Made by a program: the position numbers and the translations under genes
Notes under the pieces: generated by a model
What the model was told of the DNA's origin: nothing
Database searches by the model: none
Seen by the model: only the letters and a program-made list of their open reading frames with translations
Part shown: positions 27,846 to 37,628 of the stretch, piece after piece
Numbering within the stretch: position 1 is the first letter of the stretch
Layout of the letters: each line of letters begins with the position of its first letter
Assembly (NCBI GenBank): GCA_037133595.1
Contig: JBAXNV010000003.1
Span: 1 to 55,583, forward strand
Source: a bacterium
GTDB lineage: Bacteria; Patescibacteriota; Microgenomatia; UBA1400; UBA12108
Direction of reading: 5' to 3'
Length of the DNA stretch: 55,583 nt

Positions 27846-29480
27846 TTAATCAATTTGCAGAGTACGCTTTTCTATGAGATTGGAGAAGTCGCTAAGCTCT
27901 AGATATGTTGTAATCGTGCCCTTTTGAGTCCCGATCGGGAAGGTTACTTCTCCTTTATAAACCTCTTGTTTGTAGCTATTGATCACAGTGTATGTTTTGT
28001 CTGGGAAAAGAATTAGCAACTTGTACTTGATCCCACTTCTTGGCTCGGCATTGGCAAAGCTAGCCGAATTAAAAGTGGGGAAATGATAAAGAGTTTCAAA
28101 AGTGACTTGGGCCACAGTATCGCTAATTTTGGAAAGCGTATAGTTTTTGGCGCTGAGGATATTAACATCATTGGTCGCGGTAATGGCTGGAATAGTCGAA
28201 ATAAATTTGACGTTTTGCGTGTAGTATTCTTGAGGATTGGATTTGTTGGGATTAAGGACCAGCTTGCCTGATTCATCTGTTTTGGATTTATCCATCCCAC
28301 CAGTCCCTTCAAAAACCCAAACTGGCATGAGATATTCGAATGCGCGAGGATTGGTATCATTTATCTCTTGATAGCTTAGGCTAGGCAAGCTATTGTTCCA
28401 GTAGTAGCTTAGCTCGGCTTTGGTAATAACAGCATCGTGTACACTGCACTTACTTTCTGCACAAGCGAAACCGATTTTGGAACCGCCAACCTCTACAATA
28501 TTTCGAATATGCCCGCCATAATTCTTGAGCTCATCAATTGCCTCCTTGAGCGAGCGACTATTTGTGGTAACTGGAGCTTTTCCCAGGGATTGCCCGTAGT
28601 CGGCAATCTGGATACGCGTTACTTTGCCACCACCCGTAATAAGGACAGTGATAATCGGAGAGAGTGAGACGCCGTATGGATTGTTGTTAAAAAAGTTCAT
28701 ATCTCCAATTACAACTTGGTTGCCAGATCTTTCGCGAAGATAATTGACTGCTAATGCCTCATGAGTTGAAACAAAATTCTCGTATTGTGAAGAGATCCCC
28801 GACTTGATAACCGAAGGCTTTAGTCCGTCGAGTGAGAGCCCAAGCGATAGTAGTGTAGTAGTTGCGATGGTTTGTGCTTCGGACACGCTTGGTAGATCTC
28901 CACTACCTGGCATGGATTCGAAGCTAAGAGGAACGGCGCTGGTTGAGTTGTATCTTAATTCGGCATCGCTATCGGAATAATTTACCTGATATTTTTGCTG
29001 ACTATCGGGATAAGCTGGCTCTGCCTTAATACCTAGTACCTTTGCCATTGCACTCAAAGTTGAGATTTCTGGATTTTGAAGATAAATCGGATACAAAGTC
29101 TGCATCTCGGCGGCAAATGCTGGCTGAATAAATAAGTTGGATTGTCCTGGAATTTTTATTTGTAAATTGGAATTGTCTAGGGTCGATCCAGAATTATCTT
29201 GGTAATCGACTGACTTGTTAGTGTAACCACTTGTTGAAATAATCTCGTCGATTGAGGTTGAGACTGGGGAGGAGACTGGAGATGGGGATGAGCTGGGGCG
29301 TGGACTGGCGATATTTTGGGCTGTAGTTACTCGTTCTGGCTGGCGCTTGATGAGTCCAAAGAAAGTAGCGGTAATTATCCCAATTAATACTATTGCCGCC
29401 AAAATAATTAGTAGCTTGTTGGGTGGTTTTGGAGCGGGAAGATTGGCGACTGACAGATCTTGTGTATTTGTTGGGTCCAT
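27846..29480 (-). CDS. Membrane-anchored exported hypothetical protein
   Basis: N-terminal TM segment, Ser/Pro linker, large extracellular region. Confidence 0.75.
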   Translation of the reverse strand: MDPTNTQDLSVANLPAPKPPNKLLIILAAIVLIGIITATFFGLIKRQPERVTTAQNIASPRPSSSPSPVSSPVSTSIDEIISTSGYTNKSVDYQDNSGSTLDNSNLQIKIPGQSNLFIQPAFAAEMQTLYPIYLQNPEISTLSAMAKVLGIKAEPAYPDSQQKYQVNYSDSDAELRYNSTSAVPLSFESMPGSGDLPSVSEAQTIATTTLLSLGLSLDGLKPSVIKSGISSQYENFVSTHEALAVNYLRERSGNQVVIGDMNFFNNNPYGVSLSPIITVLITGGGKVTRIQIADYGQSLGKAPVTTNSRSLKEAIDELKNYGGHIRNIVEVGGSKIGFACAESKCSVHDAVITKAELSYYWNNSLPSLSYQEINDTNPRAFEYLMPVWVFEGTGGMDKSKTDESGKLVLNPNKSNPQEYYTQNVKFISTIPAITATNDVNILSAKNYTLSKISDTVAQVTFETLYHFPTFNSASFANAEPRSGIKYKLLILFPDKTYTVINSYKQEVYKGEVTFPIGTQKGTITTYLELSDFSNLIEKRTLQID

Positions 29481-29501
29481 ATTGCGTTCTCTAGACTTAG
29501 T

Positions 29502-30080
29502 TTATCTTGTTATCCGGATACTATCAATGCGATCAGTGAGAGTCCATGTGCCGTTTGTATATATAAACCCGTCGATACGATATTGCTCGGATTGCCCCGA
29601 AATAAATGCTGGAGAAATGATACTTGTAGAGGCTTTGACATTCTCGGATGCGCCCTGCACCTTGGTATCCTTGGTTGTACCAAACTGTACTGTCTTGTTG
29701 TTCTGATCACAGACTTCCATAATCTTGCGCGTTTCGCGAGGGAGATCGGCTCTAGGATCCATCTCAATTCGATAATACACATTACTTGTTTCGGTATGAT
29801 CAAACAGTTTGGATGTAGAGTAAGAAGCTTGGAGATCTGTCTTACTCTCTGGGTATGGCATAGGGCTCGCTGGGACTGCGGGATAAAGCCAAGTTTTCCA
29901 GCCCTTTACACTCTCTGGCTTGGAATCAAGATTTGCTGTACAGTCGACAAGAATCTTGCTCGAAGTTGCAACTTTCTTGTTGCCGGTAAAAAATCTCCAG
30001 CCCAATAATAAAATTATAATTACAATAAAAATAATTATGAGAATTAGTATGCTGTCCTTTTTCTTTTGTTCTTGTTCCAT
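29502..30080 (-). CDS. Membrane-anchored hypothetical protein
   Basis: Ile-rich N-terminal TM segment; collinear with its neighbours. Confidence 0.75.
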   Translation of the reverse strand: MEQEQKKKDSILILIIIFIVIIILLLGWRFFTGNKKVATSSKILVDCTANLDSKPESVKGWKTWLYPAVPASPMPYPESKTDLQASYSTSKLFDHTETSNVYYRIEMDPRADLPRETRKIMEVCDQNNKTVQFGTTKDTKVQGASENVKASTSIISPAFISGQSEQYRIDGFIYTNGTWTLTDRIDSIRITR

Positions 30081-30084
30081 ATAT

Positions 30085-31680
30085 TTACTTGGTATAAACA
30101 GTCATTTTGGCTGACATGCCATTTTTGATTGCAGGATAAGCGTTTGCGTCAAATTTGGTATAAACACTAAATTGCTGAGTAGTGCGCTCGGTCGAGGTAG
30201 AGAAAGAGAAAGCCGAAGTCCTGGCGCTAGGAGAGATTTCGTCGAGGTAACCCCAGAAAGTTTTTCCTGGTAAAGCATCTACTGTAAAAGAAACTACTTG
30301 CCCAACCTCAAGTTTGCTTAAACCCTTGTTTTCGTCGATTGTCCCAGCTACCCGCATACTACTAGGTCTAATCATTTGAATTAATTGAGTGTTTGGGCTA
30401 ACTGTGGATCCAGTTAGATCGGGAGCCGAGATGATGAGCCCATCTGTATCGGTACGAATAGTTTCGGAGCCAACTACTGCCAAAGTGTCTCCTTGCTCTA
30501 CCAGCTGTCCTTCTTTGGCATCGATACTTTGGACTTTGCCTTGTACTGTAGGTGAGATCGTAATTACTGGAGCTTGAATCTGTGAGTTGTCGATATGAGT
30601 ACGAGGAGAGCTAAAGGCAGATAAATAACCGCCAGTTAGAGATGTAAGGTATTTGGGGTCGATAATAATACGATCGCTAGATGAAAGCCCACTTATAATC
30701 TCGATTTGGTTATCGTGAGATTTGCCAACAGTGACTGCCCGCAGCTCTGAACCGTTCCCACTACTTAGCCAAATGTATTTGCCCCCGAGCACAATCCATG
30801 CTGGGACTAGCGCTACATCCTGTGAGTTGGTGCTAATGATAGCAGTTCCAGTGACATCGAGCTTACCTTGCTTGGCTAGCTCATCACTATAAATATCAAC
30901 TTGGTAAACAACACTCCCACTCGCCATGGTGACTTTGGAAGGATAGATTTTGGTGACTGTACCACTTAATTTATTTTCAATTCCGTCTATAGCTAAGCTA
31001 ACCTGGCCTCCCTCTTTTATGTAAAAAATACTACTGGTTGGGACGTTTGCACGGAAAACCATGCTAGCGGGATCGGCAACGGTAAATGAGGTAGAGGGGG
31101 TAATATTGACTCCACTTACACTAACATCCTCGTGGGTTACAATCCCACTAAGGGGTGATGTAAGAGTGGAAAGATCTAGTGCATACTTGGCCAGCTCAAC
31201 ACTGATAACAGAGTTGTCTAACCCTGCTTGAGTCTGGTCTAGTAGGCGTTTGAGCGCGGCGTTGACTGCGTCTGTATTGCTTGCAGAGAGCGTGGGTTTT
31301 AAAACGCTATCGGCATTATTGACTACCGTTTGATCAAAATTGTCGCGGGTAGAGCGATAGGTATTGAGCGATGCAGTAAGTTGCTTTTGCAAAGAAGATG
31401 AATCTAGACGAGCGATAACTTGGCCTACCTTAATCTTGTCCCCTTCTTTGAATGGGAGGTAAGTTAACTTGCCTGGAATCTGGAAATTGAGCTTGACTTG
31501 GACTACTGCAGTAACAGCGCCACTTGCGGTGATAGTAGAGTTGACAAATCCAACTGACGAAGTGGTGGTCGGGGCACTACTGGGCCGAGAGGACTGAACG
31601 ACTCGATAGGCTAGGAAGGCGAGTACAAAAATAAGAATAGTAATAACGACAATGGTGATTGTTAACAGCTTCTTTTTCAT
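30085..31680 (-). CDS. Tandem fusion of two membrane-fusion (HlyD/efflux adaptor) proteins
   Basis: Two lipoyl-type motifs ('GKL..LP.KEGD.IKVGQVIA.LD' and 'GKV.SI..KEGQ.V.QGD.LA') and two beta-barrels (GQVSLAIDG, GQVVSFTVDA...GMSAK). Confidence 0.85.
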   Translation of the reverse strand: MKKKLLTITIVVITILIFVLAFLAYRVVQSSRPSSAPTTTSSVGFVNSTITASGAVTAVVQVKLNFQIPGKLTYLPFKEGDKIKVGQVIARLDSSSLQKQLTASLNTYRSTRDNFDQTVVNNADSVLKPTLSASNTDAVNAALKRLLDQTQAGLDNSVISVELAKYALDLSTLTSPLSGIVTHEDVSVSGVNITPSTSFTVADPASMVFRANVPTSSIFYIKEGGQVSLAIDGIENKLSGTVTKIYPSKVTMASGSVVYQVDIYSDELAKQGKLDVTGTAIISTNSQDVALVPAWIVLGGKYIWLSSGNGSELRAVTVGKSHDNQIEIISGLSSSDRIIIDPKYLTSLTGGYLSAFSSPRTHIDNSQIQAPVITISPTVQGKVQSIDAKEGQLVEQGDTLAVVGSETIRTDTDGLIISAPDLTGSTVSPNTQLIQMIRPSSMRVAGTIDENKGLSKLEVGQVVSFTVDALPGKTFWGYLDEISPSARTSAFSFSTSTERTTQQFSVYTKFDANAYPAIKNGMSAKMTVYTK

Positions 31681-31735
31681 AACTTACCTTTGTAATATAC
31701 TTTAGTGTATCAGATTATAAGCGTAAGATGTCTCC

Positions 31736-33475
31736 ATGATAAAGTTACTAAGATTTTTAAACCCTTATCGCTGGCTACTCGTGTTGATTGTGCTACTTGC
31801 GATCGGCCAAGCATCGGCCAACTTGTACCTACCCAATCTCATGTCGGATATTGTCAACAAAGGGATAGCTGGCTTTGATATTAATTTTATCTGGAGAACC
31901 GGTGCAATCATGTCTATTGTGGCTATCGCCGGGACTATTTGTACGCTAATTGGGACTTACTTTGCCTCGCGGGTAGCAACTGGAATGTGTAAGATACTTA
32001 GAGCTGAGATATTTAATAAGGTGCAGCACTTTTCCCTACACGAATTTGACACGGTGAGTACAGCTTCTCTTATCACTCGCACAACCAATGACACAACTCA
32101 AATACAGCAAGTAATGGTAATGATATTGTCGATGTTGATTACTGCCCCAATCACACTTGTTGTGGGCGTGATTATGGCGCTTAAACAAGATGTTTGGCTC
32201 TCGTGGATCCTCGTTGCGATTATGCCGATTCTGGTTGGAGTGATTGTACTATTGCTGATGAAGGCCGTGCCATTATTTACAGTAATACAAGTAAAACTAG
32301 ATAAGCTAAACCTTATATTGGACGAAAATTTAACTGGCGTAAGAGTAGTGCGGGCCTTTAATCGTATTCAGCACGAAGAGCAACGCTTTGATGTTGCCAA
32401 TCACGATGTGACTGATGTTGCCATCAAAGTAAACCAGCTTGTAGCTGTGATGATGCCTATGATGATGTTTATGATAAATCTTTCTAGCGTTTCTATTATT
32501 TGGTTCGGGAGTTTGAGGGTAGCTGGTGGGCATCTGCAGATAGGTTCTATGTTTGCTTTTTTGCAGTACGCCGCTCAGATACTATTTTCCCTTCTTATGG
32601 TGGCTATGCTATTTATCATGATCCCTCGCGCGGAGGCTTCGGCAAAACGTATCAATGAAGTGCTTGATATGGAGCCAGAAATCGTGGATCCAAAAGACAA
32701 AAAAAGAGTGACAAAACAACAAGGATATATAGATTTTAATAAAGTGTACTTTGGTTACCACGGGGCAGAAAACCCAGCATTAGCTAACATATCTTTCAAA
32801 GCACGACCTGGGCAAATTACAGCGATCATTGGCGGTACTGGTTCGGGCAAATCGACACTAGTCAACTTGATCCCACGTTTTTATGATGTAAGCAAGGGCA
32901 GTATTGTAATAGATGGAGTAGATATCCGAGAAATGTCCCAGGATGACTTGCGCATTAGGATTGGTTTTGTGCCCCAAAGAGCAGGGTTATTCTCGGGGAC
33001 GATTAATGATAATATCCGCTATGGCAAAGCTGATGCGAGCGAAGCAGAGATATTGCATGCGGCAGAAATTGCGCAAGCGAGCGAGTTTATTGGCAAGATG
33101 GAAAAGGGATTTGAATCCCAAATTGCACAAGGTGGAACAAACGTATCGGGTGGGCAAATGCAACGTTTATCGATTGCGCGAGCACTAGTTCGTAAGCCTA
33201 ACATATTTGTGTTTGATGATACTTTTTCTGCACTAGATTTTAAAACTGATGCCAAACTTAGAGCGGCACTTAAGAAGGAAACAAGGCAAGCGACAGTAAT
33301 AATTGTGGCACAGCGTGTTAGCACTGTGCTTGATGCGGATCAGATTATCGTGCTCGAAGATGGAAGAATTGTGGGCATTGGAAAACATAAAGAACTTATG
33401 AAAACTTGCGAGGTGTACCGAGGGATTGTGTCTTCGCAACTAACCACATCCGAAATAGCCGAGGAAAATAAATGA
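31736..33475 (+). CDS. Heterodimeric multidrug ABC exporter, subunit A (TM287-like)
   Basis: TM domain plus GGTGSGKST, VSGGQ and the degenerate Walker B VFDD. Confidence 0.95.
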   Translation: MIKLLRFLNPYRWLLVLIVLLAIGQASANLYLPNLMSDIVNKGIAGFDINFIWRTGAIMSIVAIAGTICTLIGTYFASRVATGMCKILRAEIFNKVQHFSLHEFDTVSTASLITRTTNDTTQIQQVMVMILSMLITAPITLVVGVIMALKQDVWLSWILVAIMPILVGVIVLLLMKAVPLFTVIQVKLDKLNLILDENLTGVRVVRAFNRIQHEEQRFDVANHDVTDVAIKVNQLVAVMMPMMMFMINLSSVSIIWFGSLRVAGGHLQIGSMFAFLQYAAQILFSLLMVAMLFIMIPRAEASAKRINEVLDMEPEIVDPKDKKRVTKQQGYIDFNKVYFGYHGAENPALANISFKARPGQITAIIGGTGSGKSTLVNLIPRFYDVSKGSIVIDGVDIREMSQDDLRIRIGFVPQRAGLFSGTINDNIRYGKADASEAEILHAAEIAQASEFIGKMEKGFESQIAQGGTNVSGGQMQRLSIARALVRKPNIFVFDDTFSALDFKTDAKLRAALKKETRQATVIIVAQRVSTVLDADQIIVLEDGRIVGIGKHKELMKTCEVYRGIVSSQLTTSEIAEENK

Positions 33476-35373
33476 GCGAAATAAGCAAACTAAAGGATAA
33501 ATCTCCACAGGTTGGAATGGGTGGACCAATGGGGCGCGGAATGGGTGCGATGGGGAGGCCTGTCGAAAAGGCCAAGAATTTTAAAGGAACCCTGCGGCGC
33601 CTACTTCGATATTTTGTGCCAGAAAAAAATCGCTTGGTGATTGTAGTGGTAGCAGCAATCCTGGGAACTATTTTTAATATAGTCGGGCCCAAGATCCTTG
33701 GCCTGGCCACAACTAAACTATTCAACAATTTAATCGCTAGCTTCGCCGCACAAGCGATCAATTTTCAAAACCCTTTAGCTTCTGTCCTAGTACCAGGGAT
33801 TGAGTTTGGCTATATCGGGAGGATCATGCTGATCCTTTTGGGTCTATATGTTTTGAGCGCTATTTTTATTTTTGTACAACAATATTTGATGGCCGGAATA
33901 TCGCAGCGAGCTGTCTATGCACTACGTAAAGATGTAGATAAAAAACTTTCAATACTACCACTAAAATATTTCGATGGGCGAACTCACGGCGAGATATTGA
34001 GCCGAGCAGTAAATGACGTAGACAATATTAGTTCCACATTACAGCAAACTGTTACTCAACTGATTACTTCAGTTGTGACAATCATTGGCGTGATGGTTAT
34101 GATGCTCTCTATCAGTTGGTCACTGACCCTAATAGTACTAGTTACCCTGCCGCTAAGTGTTGCAATAATAACGGGGATTGCGAAGCAATCGCAAGATTTT
34201 TTCAGACGACAACAAAAGTCGCTCGGCGATATAAATGGCCATGTAGAAGAGATGTTTACTGGGCACAAAATCGTGAAAGTCTTTGGGCATGAAGGTGATG
34301 CAATAGCAAAATTTGCGATACTCAATGATGCACTTTACGATGCAGGGTGGAGAGCGCAGTTTGCATCGGGCATTATCATGCCACTTATGCGATTTGTTGG
34401 CAATGTGGGATATATTTTGGTTGCAATAGCTGGGGGGATAATGGCGGCGGATGGCCTTATCTCGATTGGCGACGTACAGGCATTTATCCAATATTCGGCC
34501 CAGTTTACTCAACCTATTACCCAGCTAGCGAATATAGCCAACGTAATACAATCAGCAATTGCCTCAGCTGAGCGAGTCTTTGAACTTTTGGATGAAGAGG
34601 AGCAGGTAAAAGAAGTAAATAACCCAATAGTGATAAATGAACCCAAAGGGTTGGTTGAGTTTCGCCATGTGAAGTTTGGCTATAGCAATGACAAGATCCT
34701 GATACGCGATATGAATATCAATGTGAAGCCAGGGAATATGATCGCGATTGTGGGCCCAACTGGCGCAGGTAAAACTACCCTCGTAAACCTTCTCATGCGC
34801 TTTTACGAGGTAAATAGTGGCCAGATATTGATCGATGGCGTTGATATTTCCAAAATGAGAAGAGCGGATTTGCGTAAAATGTTTGGAATGGTACTGCAAG
34901 ATACATGGCTTTTCCATGGCACTATGCATGACAATATCGCCTACGGTCGAGAAGATGCAACAGATGAAGATATTACTCTTGCCTCCAAAGAGGCTTACGC
35001 CGACCACTTTATTCGAACTTTGCCCGATGGATACAAAATGGTTCTAAATGAGGAAGCGACGAATATTTCGCAGGGCCAAAAACAACTCCTAACGATTGCG
35101 CGAGCATTTTTGGCTGATCCGAAAATATTGATTCTCGATGAAGCAACGAGTAGCGTTGATACGCGAACCGAGCTGCTTATCCAAGAAGCTATGAGTAAGT
35201 TGATGGAGGGTAGGACTAGTTTTGTGATTGCACACCGGCTGTCTACTATACGTAACGCCGATCTAATTTTGGTAATGAACCAAGGTTCTATCATAGAACA
35301 AGGTACGCATGAGGGGCTGCTAAAAAAGAAAGGTTTCTATGCCGACCTTTACAACAGCCAATTCCAGGAATGA
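33472..35373 (+). CDS. Heterodimeric multidrug ABC exporter, subunit B (TM288-like)
   Basis: GPTGAGKTT, ISQGQ, ILDEATS and IAHRLST motifs; ATGA-type overlap with subunit A. Confidence 0.95.
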   Translation: MSEISKLKDKSPQVGMGGPMGRGMGAMGRPVEKAKNFKGTLRRLLRYFVPEKNRLVIVVVAAILGTIFNIVGPKILGLATTKLFNNLIASFAAQAINFQNPLASVLVPGIEFGYIGRIMLILLGLYVLSAIFIFVQQYLMAGISQRAVYALRKDVDKKLSILPLKYFDGRTHGEILSRAVNDVDNISSTLQQTVTQLITSVVTIIGVMVMMLSISWSLTLIVLVTLPLSVAIITGIAKQSQDFFRRQQKSLGDINGHVEEMFTGHKIVKVFGHEGDAIAKFAILNDALYDAGWRAQFASGIIMPLMRFVGNVGYILVAIAGGIMAADGLISIGDVQAFIQYSAQFTQPITQLANIANVIQSAIASAERVFELLDEEEQVKEVNNPIVINEPKGLVEFRHVKFGYSNDKILIRDMNINVKPGNMIAIVGPTGAGKTTLVNLLMRFYEVNSGQILIDGVDISKMRRADLRKMFGMVLQDTWLFHGTMHDNIAYGREDATDEDITLASKEAYADHFIRTLPDGYKMVLNEEATNISQGQKQLLTIARAFLADPKILILDEATSSVDTRTELLIQEAMSKLMEGRTSFVIAHRLSTIRNADLILVMNQGSIIEQGTHEGLLKKKGFYADLYNSQFQE

Positions 35374-35527
35374 TTCATGAGCCAGATAATTATGTCAGCC
35401 AAGTGTGTGATAGTGGCAGTACTTGCTTTTACAAGAAGTAATTATCTATTGCAAATTGTTGCTGTTCCATAAATATTTACTTTAAAAGGTGTAGATATTT
35501 TAATAGATTGGGTTGTCTAGGATTAAC

Positions 35528-35572
35528 TTGCGTATCATTCATGTGCATCTGGCGTATCATAATGATACGCAA
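35528..35572. promoter_or_regulatory. Palindromic operator-like site (three GCGTATCAT half-sites)
   Basis: ttgcgtatcatt (35528-39) is the reverse complement of aatgatacgcaa (35561-72); gcgtatcat-a-atgatacgc (35552-70) is a perfect palindrome. Confidence 0.55.
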
Positions 35573-35591
35573 AGAGCAATAATGAAACAAT

Positions 35592-35618
35592 CTAGCCGAG
35601 GGCGGGGTAGCGGGATTT
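35592..35618 (-). repeat. Relic copy of secA 3' end (reads K-S-R-Y-P-A-L-G-stop)
   Basis: cta gcc gag ggc ggg gta gcg gga aligns with secA tta tga aat atc ggg gta gtg aca, with the same spacing to the stop codon. Confidence 0.6.
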
Positions 35619-36470
35619 TCAAATGACTAGAAGAGCTCCAAGGACAACTACAACGGCGCCTATGATTTTTTTGACTAGATTTTTCCTTTCATCCAGTAAA
35701 ATAATGGAGATTAATACCGAAGATATGGTTGTGAGCCCCAAGATGACCGTGATTTGGCCAACTGTCCCGCCTACCTTGTAAGCCAAAAAGGTAAAAGCAG
35801 AGCCAACCGTACTTGAAAGTGCAAGCCAAACCAATACCATGATCCGCTTGGGTTGAAAAAATACTTTCAGCTTGGGGACAGAACTTGGCTTGGCAATAAT
35901 CATGATAATCACTGGGAGAAAATACAAGTAAACCATAAATGATAATGGATCCATTCCTCGTACTAGATAGAATGAGAGCAGATCGGATATCGAATATAAA
36001 AGAGCGGCTGCAAAGGCTAATAATACTCCCTGGTTAAATTTCAATTTCTTATTTTCCCAGATACTGATGATTATCCCAGCGACTATTAGAATGGTGCCGA
36101 GCGCGGTTTTTATGGAAAATATTTCACTAAGAAATAGAAACGAGCCAGCGACTGTCCATAGCTTTTGACTAGACTGAATAATCGCATTTTCGGAAGCCTC
36201 GACAGTTTGAAATGATTTGAAGAGGAGGACCAATCCAAGAGTGGCGATAAAAGCTAGGGGAATAAAGAGAAGCAACTGCTCTAGCGAAAGCTCATACTGA
36301 AACCCACCATTAAAGAGCGAAATGATGAGTGCAATACAGCCCCCAAAAATATAATAGACAATTGAGTGGAGGTAAGGGTCTGACTTTTCCTCCTTCATTA
36401 AGATTCGTTGGAAAAGATTCTTGGTGGAATATATTAGAACGCTGATGAGGGCAAAGAATAACCAATTCAT
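35619..36470 (-). CDS. EamA/DMT family transporter
   Basis: 10 TM segments in two repeats; 'LFLSE' and 'ILLDERKNL.KKIIG' motifs. Confidence 0.9.
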   Translation of the reverse strand: MNWLFFALISVLIYSTKNLFQRILMKEEKSDPYLHSIVYYIFGGCIALIISLFNGGFQYELSLEQLLLFIPLAFIATLGLVLLFKSFQTVEASENAIIQSSQKLWTVAGSFLFLSEIFSIKTALGTILIVAGIIISIWENKKLKFNQGVLLAFAAALLYSISDLLSFYLVRGMDPLSFMVYLYFLPVIIMIIAKPSSVPKLKVFFQPKRIMVLVWLALSSTVGSAFTFLAYKVGGTVGQITVILGLTTISSVLISIILLDERKNLVKKIIGAVVVVLGALLVI

Positions 36471-36475
36471 AGATT

Positions 36476-37471
36476 TTATATTTCTGATTCCATTGCTATA
36501 TCCAAAACCCCTCCTGGAGTGAAATTACTGAGAAGGTAGCCAAAGTTAATTTCATCGTCTGAACCTTCTAGTTCGCTACCAAAGATATCATCCCCAAATA
36601 ATACAATGTCTTCTAATACGCGGCGACAGCGGAAATACGCAATCGCAGTCTTACTAATAGAGGTACTGCCATAGCCTTGGTAGAATGACTCGGTTTCTTG
36701 GCTTGAATCCGTATTAATTACCCCTCCCCCAACAAACATAAGATCGCGTTCCTTGGGAGCTAGAATTGGCTCGTCAAAATCAATTATTCGAAATTCTCCC
36801 TGGTTACTGATAAAACGATTGCCGGCATGGATATCGCCATGGCAAAGAACAAGAGGGAGTGATTGGGCCAGGACAAACTCTCGACAATTGTTGGTTTTTG
36901 CGATTAAAGCATCTATTTTACTACTCTGTTCATTTATGACTTTGGCAGACTTTGCAGCAACTTTCTTTAGATAAGATTGACCTTTGATCTTAGAGAGCAG
37001 CTCCAAGGCGGCGGCGGGATATTTTGAAGAATATGTTTCTATCTGCAAGCTGCTATGGATAGTTTCAGGGATTTTCATTGCATGAATTCGGCGCATGACT
37101 TGGCCAAAGACTACCCAGTTCTCAAGCGACATAGGAGCCTCAGCAGTACTTTTTCCGACAATAAATGGATAAAGGACAAGGTTGTATGCCCCGCTTGTAG
37201 CTGCGATGCGATGATCAAGTGTTGTTATGGGTGCGCGAACTTCAACAATCCCCTTGTTATGCAAATATTGTTGGATCAAGAGTGGTTTTTCGTCATAATC
37301 ACCTTGCCTTAGCTTTAGCAGGTACGAGGTGTCGGCAGTAGTAACGTGATACACGGACGCGTTTTGATCGGCTCCCCCTTCTAGTGGGAGAATGTTGGTG
37401 GGGGTAATACCATACTGCTCGGTAAGGCATGTCGATATTGTATTGTTACCGAAATCAGAAGGAGCGCTCAT
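36476..37471 (-). CDS. Aminoglycoside phosphotransferase family kinase, APH(9)-like
   Basis: GAD.NA.VY, LCHGDIHAGN, IIDFDEP and APKERDLMF.GGG motifs. Confidence 0.85.
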   Translation of the reverse strand: MSAPSDFGNNTISTCLTEQYGITPTNILPLEGGADQNASVYHVTTADTSYLLKLRQGDYDEKPLLIQQYLHNKGIVEVRAPITTLDHRIAATSGAYNLVLYPFIVGKSTAEAPMSLENWVVFGQVMRRIHAMKIPETIHSSLQIETYSSKYPAAALELLSKIKGQSYLKKVAAKSAKVINEQSSKIDALIAKTNNCREFVLAQSLPLVLCHGDIHAGNRFISNQGEFRIIDFDEPILAPKERDLMFVGGGVINTDSSQETESFYQGYGSTSISKTAIAYFRCRRVLEDIVLFGDDIFGSELEGSDDEINFGYLLSNFTPGGVLDIAMESEI

Positions 37472-37505
37472 ATGAGAATGATTATAGCAATTATCTGGGG
37501 TGTAT

Positions 37506-37529
37506 TTAGCAGGAGGCGGGGTAGCGACA
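37506..37529 (-). repeat. Relic copy of secA 3' end (reads C-R-Y-P-A-S-C-stop)
   Basis: tta gca gga ggc ggg gta gcg aca vs secA tta tga aat atc ggg gta gtg aca. It shares ggcggggtagcg with 35601-35612. Confidence 0.65.
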
Positions 37530-37628
37530 ATAGTTCGATCTTTTTAATGGCTAGTAGGAGTATTGGTGAATAGCGAATGGCATGATGCTAGAGATAATGA
37601 AGATTGCTATATGTTAAAATTTAATGAT

